A DNA stretch of 64,000 bases from Anaerolineaceae bacterium (GCA_020634115.1 JACKCH010000011.1:667945-731944); one strand, 5' to 3'. Counted from the first letter of the stretch, positions 51,301 through 60,382 are shown. Notes: a model not told the origin generated them from the letters alone. Made by a program: numbers and translations.

Positions 51301-52150
51301 GGAAATCTACCGCGACGGAGTAAGCCGGTTTGAAGAATCGCTGCCAAATGCCCCCGCTGCCGGAACAATTGAATTCCGCACCGCACGCGGCGACATCCTG
51401 GAACTGGATGACTGCCTGATTACTGAAGCTGCCGCCAGTCGCAATGAAGGGGCGCGTTTTGCGTATGAACTTCAGCGCGAGGTGTTGGCGCGGGACTTCC
51501 GTGAACTTCGCAGTGACCTGACAGAAGATTTCGCTGACCAGTTCCGCACCGATGTCTGGTGGCGGGATGGCCTGGGTGCGCCGGGGCAGTACCTGACGGA
51601 CGCGGCCTCTGCTGACCACCAGCGTTTCCTACGAATCACCCACGAAGGCCGCGAGACGTTCCGCATCTTCCGCGATAACATCGGTACGGCCATGTTTGGG
51701 GCGGGGCGGGATACGCGCAACTACAGCGACTCGACTGATCTGTATATCCGCACGGACGTGCGCTTCCCCAGCGGGCCGGGGACGGTCTGGCTTGGCGTAC
51801 GTTCGACCCTGAGCGTGACCGGCGCGGACGTACACGGCTACCGGCTGGAACTGGAACGTTTTGCCGATGGTTCGACCAATGTCATTGTGCGCTATGTGAC
51901 GGCCACCCAGCAAGTCACCTATTACGAGGGGCCGGTACCGGGTTCAGAGAGTGGCCCGCTGCCAGAATGGATTAACTTGACGGCGATCACGTACCAGGAC
52001 AGGTTAGCGTTCTTCGCCAACGGCAACTTTGTGCTGGCGCTGGACGGCGCGGAGACGTTGGGCGGCACATTGGCGCTCGGTGTGGAAAACGGTACGACTG
52101 CCGACTTTGACGATCTGATTATCCGCGATACCACCCCGCACGGAGGGTAA
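48377..52150 (+). CDS. membrane Ser/Thr protein kinase with large extracellular region (Thr/Pro-rich linkers, SH3-like domain, concanavalin/LamG-like DUF1080-type domains)
   Basis: GKGGMATVYRA, HRDIKPSNIM and DFGIA kinase motifs. Transmembrane helix at about residue 350. Confidence 0.8.
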   Translation: MIGTRLGTYELIEEVGKGGMATVYRAYQPNVGRYVAVKVIHRSIAADQQGLERFQREARLVARLEHPHLLPIYDYDGANDPPYIVMRYLESGTLKDVLGRGKLPPDEIAYMVRQIASALDYAHRQSVVHRDIKPSNIMIDADGNAFLTDFGIARMTEGGQGLTQTGYTVGTPGYMSPEQGLGGDVDGRADIYSLGVMVFEMVTGRLPYTADTPMAVILKHVNDPIPVASEVDPTVSTALDSVLAKVLAKNPEDRYQSAAAFASALASALDADINATPTMLRMAAQQTIDVLVEKREENKDTINQTMAKFDAERERRGGTNVDDAPTTRTPSAPMAATGAPEPTTPIQQGRPPVWLLGVGAIAIIAVVVVLVLGSGGNNDVDTTQTAVALALVQTSTAEAAVKATDRPTQAVVAATDTGVPPQPTQTDTSLPTHTATATSTATATDTPTATKTPTATPTATLTSTPTATRTPTPTHTPTPATPVVQALRSVVVRTGPGTQYGLLGNVGADTELILIGISEDGGWFQVIMPDGMVGWMAASSASAAAFGNLRDVPVALAPTNTPSKTPIPTNTSTATNTPTPTATSTATHTPSNTPTATNTPTSTPTATSTATNTPSDTPTATNTPTSTPTHTPSPTATFAFTATPIPSPTPIPAGRLPYVADFESGNPVSDWDFDPEFWQVVPEGGENVLIGQARLDQPLVMLGRGQPEWLESTASDIVISFSFNLASQSGGARMIFRCTGGDACPGGYNVVEVLPGLLSLKRNAPTSNIFDPSTERFVTRAVSAPIQANQWYDLTIWVEGNRIFVYLDRQLLISGNDTISPQLGAGQILLQTNSAFREVRFDNIIVQRAESASDHFEISGLPRTWETTSTTLTTIQTESNGNQYVEMRDDDTLTPVMQPIRDVTLACRVQSVQGGYQIEIRKNAGGSLLLDMDAGNLTLSQLDGAGGVIATRRITNFYNRNRWEDVNISFIGDRLEIYRDGVSRFEESLPNAPAAGTIEFRTARGDILELDDCLITEAAASRNEGARFAYELQREVLARDFRELRSDLTEDFADQFRTDVWWRDGLGAPGQYLTDAASADHQRFLRITHEGRETFRIFRDNIGTAMFGAGRDTRNYSDSTDLYIRTDVRFPSGPGTVWLGVRSTLSVTGADVHGYRLELERFADGSTNVIVRYVTATQQVTYYEGPVPGSESGPLPEWINLTAITYQDRLAFFANGNFVLALDGAETLGGTLALGVENGTTADFDDLIIRDTTPHGG
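50111..50256 (+). repeat. imperfect ~72-bp tandem duplication inside the kinase Thr/Pro-rich linker
   Basis: acgccgacggcgaccagtac.gccac...cacgccatc... repeated twice in a row. Confidence 0.55.
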
Positions 52151-52157
52151 ATATTGT

Positions 52158-52904
52158 ATGACGCTGCTCACCAGCGGAAACGCCGCAAAATTGTATTGCC
52201 TGAACTGGATTGAACAGTTTATCCAACAACAGGGAGAATCAATCCGTATTCTGGATGTTGGATGTGGGCGGGCAGCCAATTTTATTGAACTCCTTCGCCG
52301 CTACCCTGGTGTTGAATACGTGGGTGTCGAACCCAATCCCGCAGCCTGCGTGACAGCCCGGCGTAACCTGGATGGGTTCAAAGCCACCATCATGAACGAT
52401 TACGCCTATGATCTTATGGGGCGGCTAGTGGATGCCCCCTTTGACATTGTGCTTTCATTCAGCGTATTTGAGCATGTCTATCGTCGCCAGAAGTATCTCA
52501 ACAGCGTGGTGGATTGCCTGCGCGATGATGGTTATTTCCTCATCAATTACGATGCCGGGCATTTTATGGCTCCGGCGACGCTGAAAGAAGCCGCTAAAAA
52601 TGTCATCGGCCCCTGGTTAGCGCCGCTCGGCATTGAACGTTATTATCAGCGGTTCGTGCCGGAAGCCGATTTCCGCCGGATGCTGGAACAGGCCGGGCTA
52701 GTCGTCACTGAGGTTAAGTCCTTTAATACCCGCCTGAAGGGTGTTCACAAGCATGTGCCGGATGCCTATAAAGAAGAACACATGCAGCGTTGGCTGGATT
52801 ATGAATTATGGCTCAATGAACTGAATATGCCGTATGAAGACAAAGACGCGCATACCTGGTTCACGCGGAACTACATTCTCAAGCGGCGGTCAGACACCCG
52901 GTAG
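52158..52904 (+). CDS. class I SAM-dependent methyltransferase
   Basis: ILDVGCGRAANF motif I. Confidence 0.6.
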   Translation: MTLLTSGNAAKLYCLNWIEQFIQQQGESIRILDVGCGRAANFIELLRRYPGVEYVGVEPNPAACVTARRNLDGFKATIMNDYAYDLMGRLVDAPFDIVLSFSVFEHVYRRQKYLNSVVDCLRDDGYFLINYDAGHFMAPATLKEAAKNVIGPWLAPLGIERYYQRFVPEADFRRMLEQAGLVVTEVKSFNTRLKGVHKHVPDAYKEEHMQRWLDYELWLNELNMPYEDKDAHTWFTRNYILKRRSDTR

Positions 52905-52963
52905 GCTCAGGGATTGACCGCCTCGGCCCAAACACCTCTTTCCCGCCCAGCGAGGAGATACTC

Positions 52964-53503
52964 ATGGTTGTGACTTTGGACGGCGTGCTGCTAGCACTGA
53001 CCATTTTCGGCCTGCGCGTCCTCAATAATGCGCTCGGCACGGTGCGAATTGTCATTATTACCCGGCAGCAGCGTTTACTGGCGGCGACGCTGGCGTTTAT
53101 CGAGGCGCTGATCTTCGCAGTAGTCATCGCCAACGTGGTGAAAGACCTGTCGAACATCCTGAATCTACTGGCCTACTGCGGCGGGTTCGCGGTGGGCGGC
53201 TACGTGGGCATGGGGATTGAGGCGCGGTTTATCACCAGTTATGTGACGGCGACGGTCATCAGCGCGGCGCAAGGCCACGAAATCGCGCTGGCGTTGCGGG
53301 AGGCCGGGTTCGGTGTCACGGAAACGTTGGGGGAAGGTCGAGACGGGGCGGTGACGCTGTTACGCTGCGTGTTCAACCGCCGCGAAGTGGGTGATCTGAT
53401 GGCAATTGTCCGTAAAATCGAGCCGGATGCCTTCATCTCGGTAGAAGAGGCACGCGCCATCCAGCATGGTTGGGTGCGGAACGCACGCGAACAGCGCCGG
53501 TAA
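52964..53503 (+). CDS. UPF0316 / DUF2179-family membrane protein
   Basis: Two N-terminal transmembrane helices plus a C-terminal DUF2179-like domain. Confidence 0.5.
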   Translation: MVVTLDGVLLALTIFGLRVLNNALGTVRIVIITRQQRLLAATLAFIEALIFAVVIANVVKDLSNILNLLAYCGGFAVGGYVGMGIEARFITSYVTATVISAAQGHEIALALREAGFGVTETLGEGRDGAVTLLRCVFNRREVGDLMAIVRKIEPDAFISVEEARAIQHGWVRNAREQRR

Positions 53504-53505
53504 GA

Positions 53506-53979
53506 TTATAACGAATACACCCGCAGGTACACGACCACACCAGTTGTGCCGGAACGGTCTACCAGTGCCTCCATGATACGTGTGCCGGTGTTGGTGTAGC
53601 TGCCGCTGGTCGTTTCCCCAAATGGCTGCCACCAGGCCATCCCTGCCTCATAGGGATTCGGCTGCGGGAACGGTGTGAATCCGGGTTGCGGGGGCGTGAT
53701 CCCGGCTTGCTGCCAGAATGCCACCGCTTGGTCTTCTGAGTCGAGACTGAAACGCAGCCAGAAAATGCGCGTCGGCGTGGCGCGAGTCGAAAACTGTACG
53801 TCCAACGCGCCATCGGGCAGAGTCGCGCCTAGCAGCTTCAATGCATGATCCACTGTGAAATTCCGATTCGCCAGGACTCCCATCAGTGCCGCCCCGGTTG
53901 CCGCCAGCAGCAGCACAGCGGTAATGAAGAATCGTTTCCGGTTTTGTATTTGTGTGACCCACTGCCAGCGTGTTTTCAC
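53506..53979 (-). CDS. hypothetical secreted or membrane-anchored protein
   Basis: N-terminal transmembrane helix/signal. Trp-rich. Confidence 0.4.
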   Translation of the reverse strand: MKTRWQWVTQIQNRKRFFITAVLLLAATGAALMGVLANRNFTVDHALKLLGATLPDGALDVQFSTRATPTRIFWLRFSLDSEDQAVAFWQQAGITPPQPGFTPFPQPNPYEAGMAWWQPFGETTSGSYTNTGTRIMEALVDRSGTTGVVVYLRVYSL

Positions 53980-54290
53980 CCGATATACCCCGCATCATAA
54001 CTATCGTCCACATTGTAATTCACGTCTCCCAGTACAGCCATGCCCTGCACCCTTAGATTTAATGGAATTATTATCCGCACACCTAAAACAAAAATTGCCC
54101 ATTTGTATATCGTAATTATTTATAAATTCTCCCTGAAATTCCTATTGAGTGTGGATTTATAGGATATAATCAAATAGATTTTAGAGAGTCATTTTCCCCT
54201 TAAACCATGCGAATTTGCAGTGAAAAATTTTATTGCGATTTTAACATTACAAAATAAATTGCCGGATAATATTTTAAGTCAGGAGAAATT

Positions 54291-54686
54291 ATGCAGGATA
54301 TTGTGAGAGGTATACCAAATTACTCAAAAGAGTGGCTGCACGGGGATAGGATTTTATGTTATCGCTTTAGAGATTTAGTTCCGGCCACCGTAGATCACTG
54401 GGGAGACGACTTATCCAATATGCTGCTCGAATGGCCGGATACGCGCCCCTGGCGGCTGCTGCTCGACATTCGTATGAAAGGGAACGTTGTCAGCGCGTAT
54501 GCTCTGCGGCGCTCTTACGAAATTTCCCGACTGCGGCCAGAACTGCCGGGACGGTTGGCCCTGTTGATCGGCAATCGCCTGGCCGCTGAGATCATGTCTG
54601 CCGGGATGCGGGCCGCCGGAAACGAGTACCGCCAACGCCGGGTTTTTGTGGTACAGGCGGTGGCGGTTTCCTGGCTGCTGGCATGA
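54291..54686 (+). CDS. hypothetical protein
   Basis: AGGAGAAATTATG ribosome-binding site. Preceded by about 290 bp of unusually AT-rich DNA. Confidence 0.45.
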   Translation: MQDIVRGIPNYSKEWLHGDRILCYRFRDLVPATVDHWGDDLSNMLLEWPDTRPWRLLLDIRMKGNVVSAYALRRSYEISRLRPELPGRLALLIGNRLAAEIMSAGMRAAGNEYRQRRVFVVQAVAVSWLLA

Positions 54687-54697
54687 TGCCCGCCATT

Positions 54698-55585
54698 TTA
54701 GCTGAAAAACTGCGACTCGGTGATAATCTCCTGTGCAGACAGCAGCGTCGCTTCAGCAACGGTTTTTCCGGTGCGTTTGAGGTATGCCTGGGTGACTTTA
54801 TAGCCTAGCGCATACCCGGCGTAGGGGGGTACGCCCACTTTTTCCATCCCCATGTGTCCGGCTACATCATCCCCGAAGATATAGCTCCGAATCGTATTAA
54901 AACCGGTCACGTTCAGGCTATCGCGGAAAATCGCCCTGGATTCTTCCAGGCGCGAGTCATCAAACCGCGTGACCCAGGGGCCGATCAGGTCTTCCCCGTA
55001 GAGTTCCGCCGCAAATGACTCGGCCAGTCCTTCAGCGATCATGTATTCCCCGACGGTGGTCTGCATCATGTTGAAGGGGAACAGCGTGAAACGCACGTTA
55101 TGGTGTAGTTCGTGGATGGTTGCCGCTTCCACGCGCTCCAGGTTGAACGCATCCGGGTCGGTATAGACGGTCATAATCCAACCGGGGATAGCGCCAAAAC
55201 CGGCATAACCATATCCGCCCGGTACGGGGTCGGTCTGCACCAGGCACAACGCGAAAGTAATCGCATCCAGCCCGATCCGCTCGGCATACGGAGTGAAGGC
55301 CGCCCATCCGGTTTCCAGTGATGCCGCCGCCCGTTTCCAGGCGCCTGCACTCGCCAGATCGTCCAGGTAACGGATAATCTGTTCCCGTCCATCTCCGACA
55401 AACATCCCTGGCGACATGCCCCACTGCTGGAACATCGCCAGGCCGTCACCGCCGCCAAACACCTGAATCATGCCCGCAAATGGCGCGACCAGGGTGTCCC
55501 GAAAGTCCGCTTCCCGTTCTGCTGCATCCATTGTAGCCAGCAGGCGGCGGTAAATTGCTTCGGTATCCACAATCTGAAATTGCAT
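54698..55585 (-). CDS. DUF2268-like predicted zinc-dependent protease
   Basis: AAGGAGG ribosome-binding site. IHELHHNV HExxH motif. Confidence 0.55.
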   Translation of the reverse strand: MQFQIVDTEAIYRRLLATMDAAEREADFRDTLVAPFAGMIQVFGGGDGLAMFQQWGMSPGMFVGDGREQIIRYLDDLASAGAWKRAAASLETGWAAFTPYAERIGLDAITFALCLVQTDPVPGGYGYAGFGAIPGWIMTVYTDPDAFNLERVEAATIHELHHNVRFTLFPFNMMQTTVGEYMIAEGLAESFAAELYGEDLIGPWVTRFDDSRLEESRAIFRDSLNVTGFNTIRSYIFGDDVAGHMGMEKVGVPPYAGYALGYKVTQAYLKRTGKTVAEATLLSAQEIITESQFFS

Positions 55586-55688
55586 CACAAAACCTCCTTG
55601 TTTCCTCAGTCCAGGCCAGTCTACAGCCTGACGTAACGTGAGAGTCAAGAGGTTGGCTACGGGTGACGCATCTTAGAAGATATACACA

Positions 55689-56168
55689 CTACGCAAACGT
55701 ATCCAGCACCAGTTGCAGCGCGGCACTGGCGCTGGCCGCTTTGACCGCTTCCCGGTCACCATCCCAGATATGCCGGTTCACCACGACCAGGCCATCCGGC
55801 CCGGCCAGGCCGATATACGTCAGGCCAACCGGCTTTTCCGGGGTTCCGCCATCCGGCCCGGCTATGCCTGTAATACTCACCGAGACATCTGTCCCCAACA
55901 GGGTTTGTACTCCGGTTGCCATTTCCGAGGCGGTCTGTTCACTGACTGCGCCATGCGCGATGAGTGTCCCCTGACGCACCCGCAGCAACGACTGTTTGGC
56001 GGCGTTGGAGTAGGCCACCACACCACCCATCACATAGACCGAGCTCCCCGGCACATTCGTCAGGCGGTGCATTACCAGCCCACCAGTACATGACTCGGCG
56101 GCGCTGATCGTCCAACCGCGCTCACGCAGAAGTTCCCCAACTTGTTCTTCAAGCAATTTCTGCCCCAT
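55689..56168 (-). CDS. pncC: CinA C-terminal domain protein / nicotinamide-nucleotide amidohydrolase
   Basis: SAAESCTGGL...SVSITGIAGP motifs. Confidence 0.7.
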   Translation of the reverse strand: MGQKLLEEQVGELLRERGWTISAAESCTGGLVMHRLTNVPGSSVYVMGGVVAYSNAAKQSLLRVRQGTLIAHGAVSEQTASEMATGVQTLLGTDVSVSITGIAGPDGGTPEKPVGLTYIGLAGPDGLVVVNRHIWDGDREAVKAASASAALQLVLDTFA

Positions 56169-56310
56169 ACGATCATCTCCAGTACACAGTACTGTTATCC
56201 TACCAGAATCAAACCAATTCGTCAGTTTTTTGGTGCTTTTTCGCGTCACTTCCATGTATAATGTGGGATAAATATCCGAAAATGTTGGATAACGAGGGAT
56301 AATCTATCGG

Positions 56311-57288
56311 ATGGGATACTGGGGTTGGCGTCGGCTGCTGGCTGCTTTTCTGAGTGTATGGATCACCGGATGTACAACCACCAGCGATACCGCCCTCAGC
56401 ATTCCCCCCACCCATTACCCCCCAGTCACCCTGACTGTCCAGTTTCGACCTCGTTCAACCCCTACCAGCGGGTCTATAATCTATAAAGCTCCCACTTTGT
56501 CGCCCGACAGCCCCACTATCACTTACAAGACCCAATCGGAAGATACCTGGGAAAGTGTCGCGTTGCGCTTCGGGGTCGAGGTCGAGTCGCTCAAAGCCGC
56601 GAATCCGCAGAGCGCCGGGGAACCGCTGCGCCCCGGTCAGGCGGTGGTGATTGTTGCGCCCGCCTTCACCCAGGATGGCCGCCCCACACTGCCCACCACT
56701 ACCCCGCCTGAACTGCCACTCGCTCCACCGACCTGTTTCGCCGTGCCAACCAATGAGATTGTGTGCTATGGCGTGGTCGAAAATACGCTTCCGGTGGTGT
56801 TGGAACGGGTGACGGTGCGCCTGTATCTTTTCCGCGAAAACGGGAGCATCCTGGCCCAAGCGGAAACTGGACTGGAACAGTCGTTTGTACTGCCAGGGCT
56901 GCCCGCGCCCTATCACGTCCGGTTCGCAGCGGATTGGGATGAGTATGCCGGAGTGCAGACCATCTTGACCGCCGCAACACCTCTGGAAAATAGCGTGATT
57001 GTCCCCCTAACCGTTGAAACGTTGACTATTCAGCCGGTGGATACCCTGCATGATCGTGTATTCATGACGCTGGTCAATCCAGCGGCGCAACCGGTCACCA
57101 ATGTGCGCGTGATTGTTATTCTATACGATGAGGCGCAGCGCGTCACCAGTTACCGGGTAATGGAAACGAGCGATGTATTGGGCGCAAATGCGGCGGTGGC
57201 GGTTCAGGTGGATGTGTTCCTGCCTGCCGCCGTGCAGCATGTCACGCCGGTGGTGTATGCCCTGGCGATGCGGACTTCGCCAGAGTAG
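56311..57288 (+). CDS. lipoprotein with LysM domain
   Basis: Lipobox LSVWITGC. LysM (TYKTQSEDTWESVALRFGVEVESLKAAN). Confidence 0.6.
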   Translation: MGYWGWRRLLAAFLSVWITGCTTTSDTALSIPPTHYPPVTLTVQFRPRSTPTSGSIIYKAPTLSPDSPTITYKTQSEDTWESVALRFGVEVESLKAANPQSAGEPLRPGQAVVIVAPAFTQDGRPTLPTTTPPELPLAPPTCFAVPTNEIVCYGVVENTLPVVLERVTVRLYLFRENGSILAQAETGLEQSFVLPGLPAPYHVRFAADWDEYAGVQTILTAATPLENSVIVPLTVETLTIQPVDTLHDRVFMTLVNPAAQPVTNVRVIVILYDEAQRVTSYRVMETSDVLGANAAVAVQVDVFLPAAVQHVTPVVYALAMRTSPE

Positions 57289-57513
57289 TAACCCACCAAA
57301 AGGATGGCGAGTCGTCGGGAAAAGATAGCCGGTTAGCTCATTAGCTCGATAGCAAGAAGGCCTAAGATGCTAACCAGCGGCCAAGAGCCAGTAGCCAACC
57401 GTAATCCATAAAGACTCTTTATAGCGCCCCTTGCCAGCGTGTTGTTTTGCGCCGCCGATTTGGGCGTATGCTGGTGATACAGCCCTACCGCATGATTAAC
57501 TAGGAGAAACGCC

Positions 57514-58296
57514 ATGACTCGCAGCAGCAAAGCCCAATCACAGGAACGCTTTAACCAGTACGCGCAGGGATACGTGACCAGCAAGACTCACGCTAAAGGG
57601 GGCGAACTCGAACGGCTGCTCACCATCGCTGACCCGCAGCCGGAGTGGGTTGCCCTGGATATCGCAACCGGCGGTGGGCATACAGCGCTCAAATTTGCCC
57701 CGCATGTCGCCCATGTGACCGCCAGTGACATCACCCCAAATATGCTGGATGCGGCGCGAAATTTCATCACCGGGCAGGGGATCACCAATGTGGATTTCCA
57801 ACTGGCGGACGCCGAGAATCTTCCCTTTGAGGACGATCATTTCGACCTGGTGACCTGCCGTATCGCCCCGCATCACTTCCCGAATGCCGCCCAGTTTGTG
57901 CGGGAGGCAGTACGGGTGCTGCGTCCCGGCGGGCTGCTGCTGGTGCAGGATCAGGTCGCGCCGGAGGATTATGTCGCCAAGTGTTATACCAACACGTTTG
58001 AGCAACTGCGCGACCCCAGCCACAACCAGGTTTTTACCGAAGGTGAATGGGTGGCGCTGTTCGAGGCCGCCGGGCTGACGGTGGAACACACCGAACAACT
58101 GGTCAAGCGGCATGAGATGGTGCATTGGGCGGAAATGCAGGGCTGCACACCGTTCGATATTGAGCAGTTACAGGTACTGCTCCAGGTCGCGCCGCCGCTG
58201 GCCGCTGCGTGGATGCAGGCGGAAAGAGTCGGCACGCCGGAAGCCAGCTTCGCTAACCATCACATCCTGATTGCCGGGCACAAACCGGAGGCGTAG
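57514..58296 (+). CDS. class I SAM-dependent methyltransferase (UbiE/COQ5-like)
   Basis: VALDIATGGGHTA motif I. Confidence 0.65.
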   Translation: MTRSSKAQSQERFNQYAQGYVTSKTHAKGGELERLLTIADPQPEWVALDIATGGGHTALKFAPHVAHVTASDITPNMLDAARNFITGQGITNVDFQLADAENLPFEDDHFDLVTCRIAPHHFPNAAQFVREAVRVLRPGGLLLVQDQVAPEDYVAKCYTNTFEQLRDPSHNQVFTEGEWVALFEAAGLTVEHTEQLVKRHEMVHWAEMQGCTPFDIEQLQVLLQVAPPLAAAWMQAERVGTPEASFANHHILIAGHKPEA

Positions 58297-58299
58297 GGG
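58260..58299. repeat. left copy of a 40-nt direct repeat (covers the last codons and stop of the 57514-58296 gene)
   Basis: TCACATCCTGATTGCCGGGC(A/G)CAAACCGGAGGCGTAG(G/A)GG. Matches 59563-59602 at 38/40 positions. Confidence 0.8.
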
Positions 58300-58546
58300 A
58301 TTAGGATAGTTTTCAGGGGTAGGTATAGAATCCCGATCACTGGAGCAGGTCGTTTGCCGAGCATTGAAATGCCCGGCAAGGCGTTCCAAACCCACTGAAG
58401 GGGTTCAGAATGCAGCGCTAAAATAGCCCCTTTAGCGGGCTTGGCTTTATCTTAGCCGGGGGATTCATCCCTCGGCCTGCACTGCTGCCGGATGCAGGAC
58501 AATCTTCGCCCGTTTTTCATGTATTACGGCTGGTAAGGAGTCTCTG

Positions 58547-59536
58547 ATGTTACGCTTCACGTTATATCTGTTAATCATGCTGTTGGTTGTTACGTTTGGC
58601 CGCGCTGAAGCCCAACAAACGCAGCCTCCTCAAAATGGCAGAATTGCCTTTGTATCAAACAGATCAGGTAACGATCAAATCTACACAATGAATGACGATG
58701 GGACAGACATCCAGCAGATTACATTTGACGGTTGGAGCAATATTGATCCCAACTGGTCCCCCGATGGTTCTAGAATTGCGTATGTATCCAGGGGTAGTGG
58801 TATATTGAGTATTAATATCATTGATAGTGATGGGTTAAACAATACGACTTTAACAAATGTGGCTGACGTTGACCCCAACTGGTCACCAACAGGTGATAAA
58901 ATAGCATTCTCGCGTTACACCGATAATGGGTCTGACATCTACATAATCAACACTGATGGTAGTGGGTTGACTAAAGTAGTAGATGGTCATAACGCAGCTT
59001 ATAACATCCAACCTACGTGGTCTCCAGACGGCACACACCTGCTCTACGTATATAATACCAAACTTAGTGGAGAACCTAGATCGTCATTTAAAATTCGAAT
59101 AGTCGATCTTGCAACAGGTCAGGAGTCTACTATTTATGCGGTGAATACCGAAGCCGGGCCAGATTGGTCTGGGCAACAGCAAAGTGAGGAAATTCTTATC
59201 TATTACAATGGGTTGACGGGAAGTTTCATTGTAAGACTAGACGACGATGGAACAACACTACCAGGTATCGCTGTTACAACCCAATCGGATCCATTCGTCG
59301 GAACAACTTCACGATATGATCGAGATCCATCATGGTCACCCGATGGGACACAGGTGGTATTCAGTACCTCAATCAGTGGTATCAATGACGGAGACTCTGA
59401 TATTTACGTAGTGGACATTGCTAGCGGCACGATGACAAATCTAACACCTAATAACGACTCGGAGGAGATCATGCCGGATTGGCAACCGGTCTTTAATGAT
59501 CCCCCCTCCACCGATGCCGGTACAGACCCTCACTGA
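58547..59536 (+). CDS. secreted TolB-like / PD40 (WD40-like) beta-propeller repeat protein, low GC
   Basis: Signal peptide. Repeated DPNWSPDG.RIAYVS blades. About 42% GC. Confidence 0.7.
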   Translation: MLRFTLYLLIMLLVVTFGRAEAQQTQPPQNGRIAFVSNRSGNDQIYTMNDDGTDIQQITFDGWSNIDPNWSPDGSRIAYVSRGSGILSINIIDSDGLNNTTLTNVADVDPNWSPTGDKIAFSRYTDNGSDIYIINTDGSGLTKVVDGHNAAYNIQPTWSPDGTHLLYVYNTKLSGEPRSSFKIRIVDLATGQESTIYAVNTEAGPDWSGQQQSEEILIYYNGLTGSFIVRLDDDGTTLPGIAVTTQSDPFVGTTSRYDRDPSWSPDGTQVVFSTSISGINDGDSDIYVVDIASGTMTNLTPNNDSEEIMPDWQPVFNDPPSTDAGTDPH

Positions 59537-59562
59537 CAGCGGCGATAGTGGTCGTAAACGGG

Positions 59563-59602
59563 TCACATCCTGATTGCCGGGCGCAAACCGGAGGCGTAGA
59601 GG
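59563..59602. repeat. right copy of the 40-nt direct repeat
   Basis: Pairs with 58260-58299. Confidence 0.8.
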
Positions 59603-59697
59603 TAGTCTTGCATGGAACGGAAGGAAAAATTTTAGCCTCTCCGCTCCATATCCCAAAAATTCCCCAAATGCTTGACAGGATTTGAAAACGCGCCTAT

Positions 59698-59715
59698 TAT
59701 ATCAATGTTGATATA
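59698..59715. promoter_or_regulatory. palindromic operator TATATCAA-TG-TTGATATA overlapping the -10 box of the padR promoter (TTGACA-17-TATTAT)
   Basis: Perfect 8-2-8 inverted repeat. Confidence 0.6.
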
Positions 59716-59730
59716 TAAAAACTGTGGTAT

Positions 59731-60297
59731 GTGATGCTGAAGTTTGCGATTCTCGGTTTCCTGAATTACCAGTCGCTATCCGGTTACGATCTGAAACGAC
59801 AGTTACAGGCGTCTACCGCGCATTTCTGGCACGCTGGACTCAACCAGGTTTACATGACGCTGAAGAACCTGGAAAGCGACGGCCTGGTGATTTCCGAGCT
59901 TCAGGAGCAGGAGAAACGCCCGGATAAGCGCATCTACACCATCACCGAGAACGGCAGCGCCGAGTTACAAACGTGGTTGGCCGAGCCGGTCACGCAGGTC
60001 GAGCCGGGCAAAAGTACGCTGCTGTTGAAGCTGTTCTTCGCCCGCCCGGCAGGGAAGGCCGCGATCCTCGCTCAACTTCAGGTGCAACTGGCCGCGCACC
60101 AGCGCCAGGCGCGGGAGTATACCGGCACGATGCCGGTTGAGGCGCGTGAGATGCTCGCCAGCCAACCGGAATTGGGGGACGATTCCATCTTGTGGGGGAT
60201 TGTCCGCGATTTTGGAGCACGGTACGAGGCGATGATGATTGCCTGGCTGGAAGAGTCCCTGCGCACCATTGAAACGCATTTTCCCGAAGATGTGTAA
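59731..60297 (+). CDS. PadR family transcriptional regulator
   Basis: LKFAILGFL...YDL...VYMTLKNLE PadR winged-helix signature. Confidence 0.8.
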   Translation: MMLKFAILGFLNYQSLSGYDLKRQLQASTAHFWHAGLNQVYMTLKNLESDGLVISELQEQEKRPDKRIYTITENGSAELQTWLAEPVTQVEPGKSTLLLKLFFARPAGKAAILAQLQVQLAAHQRQAREYTGTMPVEAREMLASQPELGDDSILWGIVRDFGARYEAMMIAWLEESLRTIETHFPEDV

Positions 60298-60302
60298 ACC
60301 GG

Positions 60303-60333
60303 GCAAACAAGTGAGCGGTTTGCTCTTTTTTTT
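60303..60333 (+). terminator. Rho-independent terminator after padR
   Basis: gcaaac...gtttgc stem followed by TCTTTTTTTT. Confidence 0.6.
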
Positions 60334-60344
60334 GCCTTGTTTAT

Positions 60345-60364
60345 ATATATCAAGATTGATATAT
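60345..60364. promoter_or_regulatory. second palindromic operator ATATATCAA-GA-TTGATATAT upstream of the NmrA-like gene
   Basis: Same half-sites as 59698-59715. Confidence 0.6.
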
Positions 60365-60382
60365 CAAGGTAAGGATAAGGTC

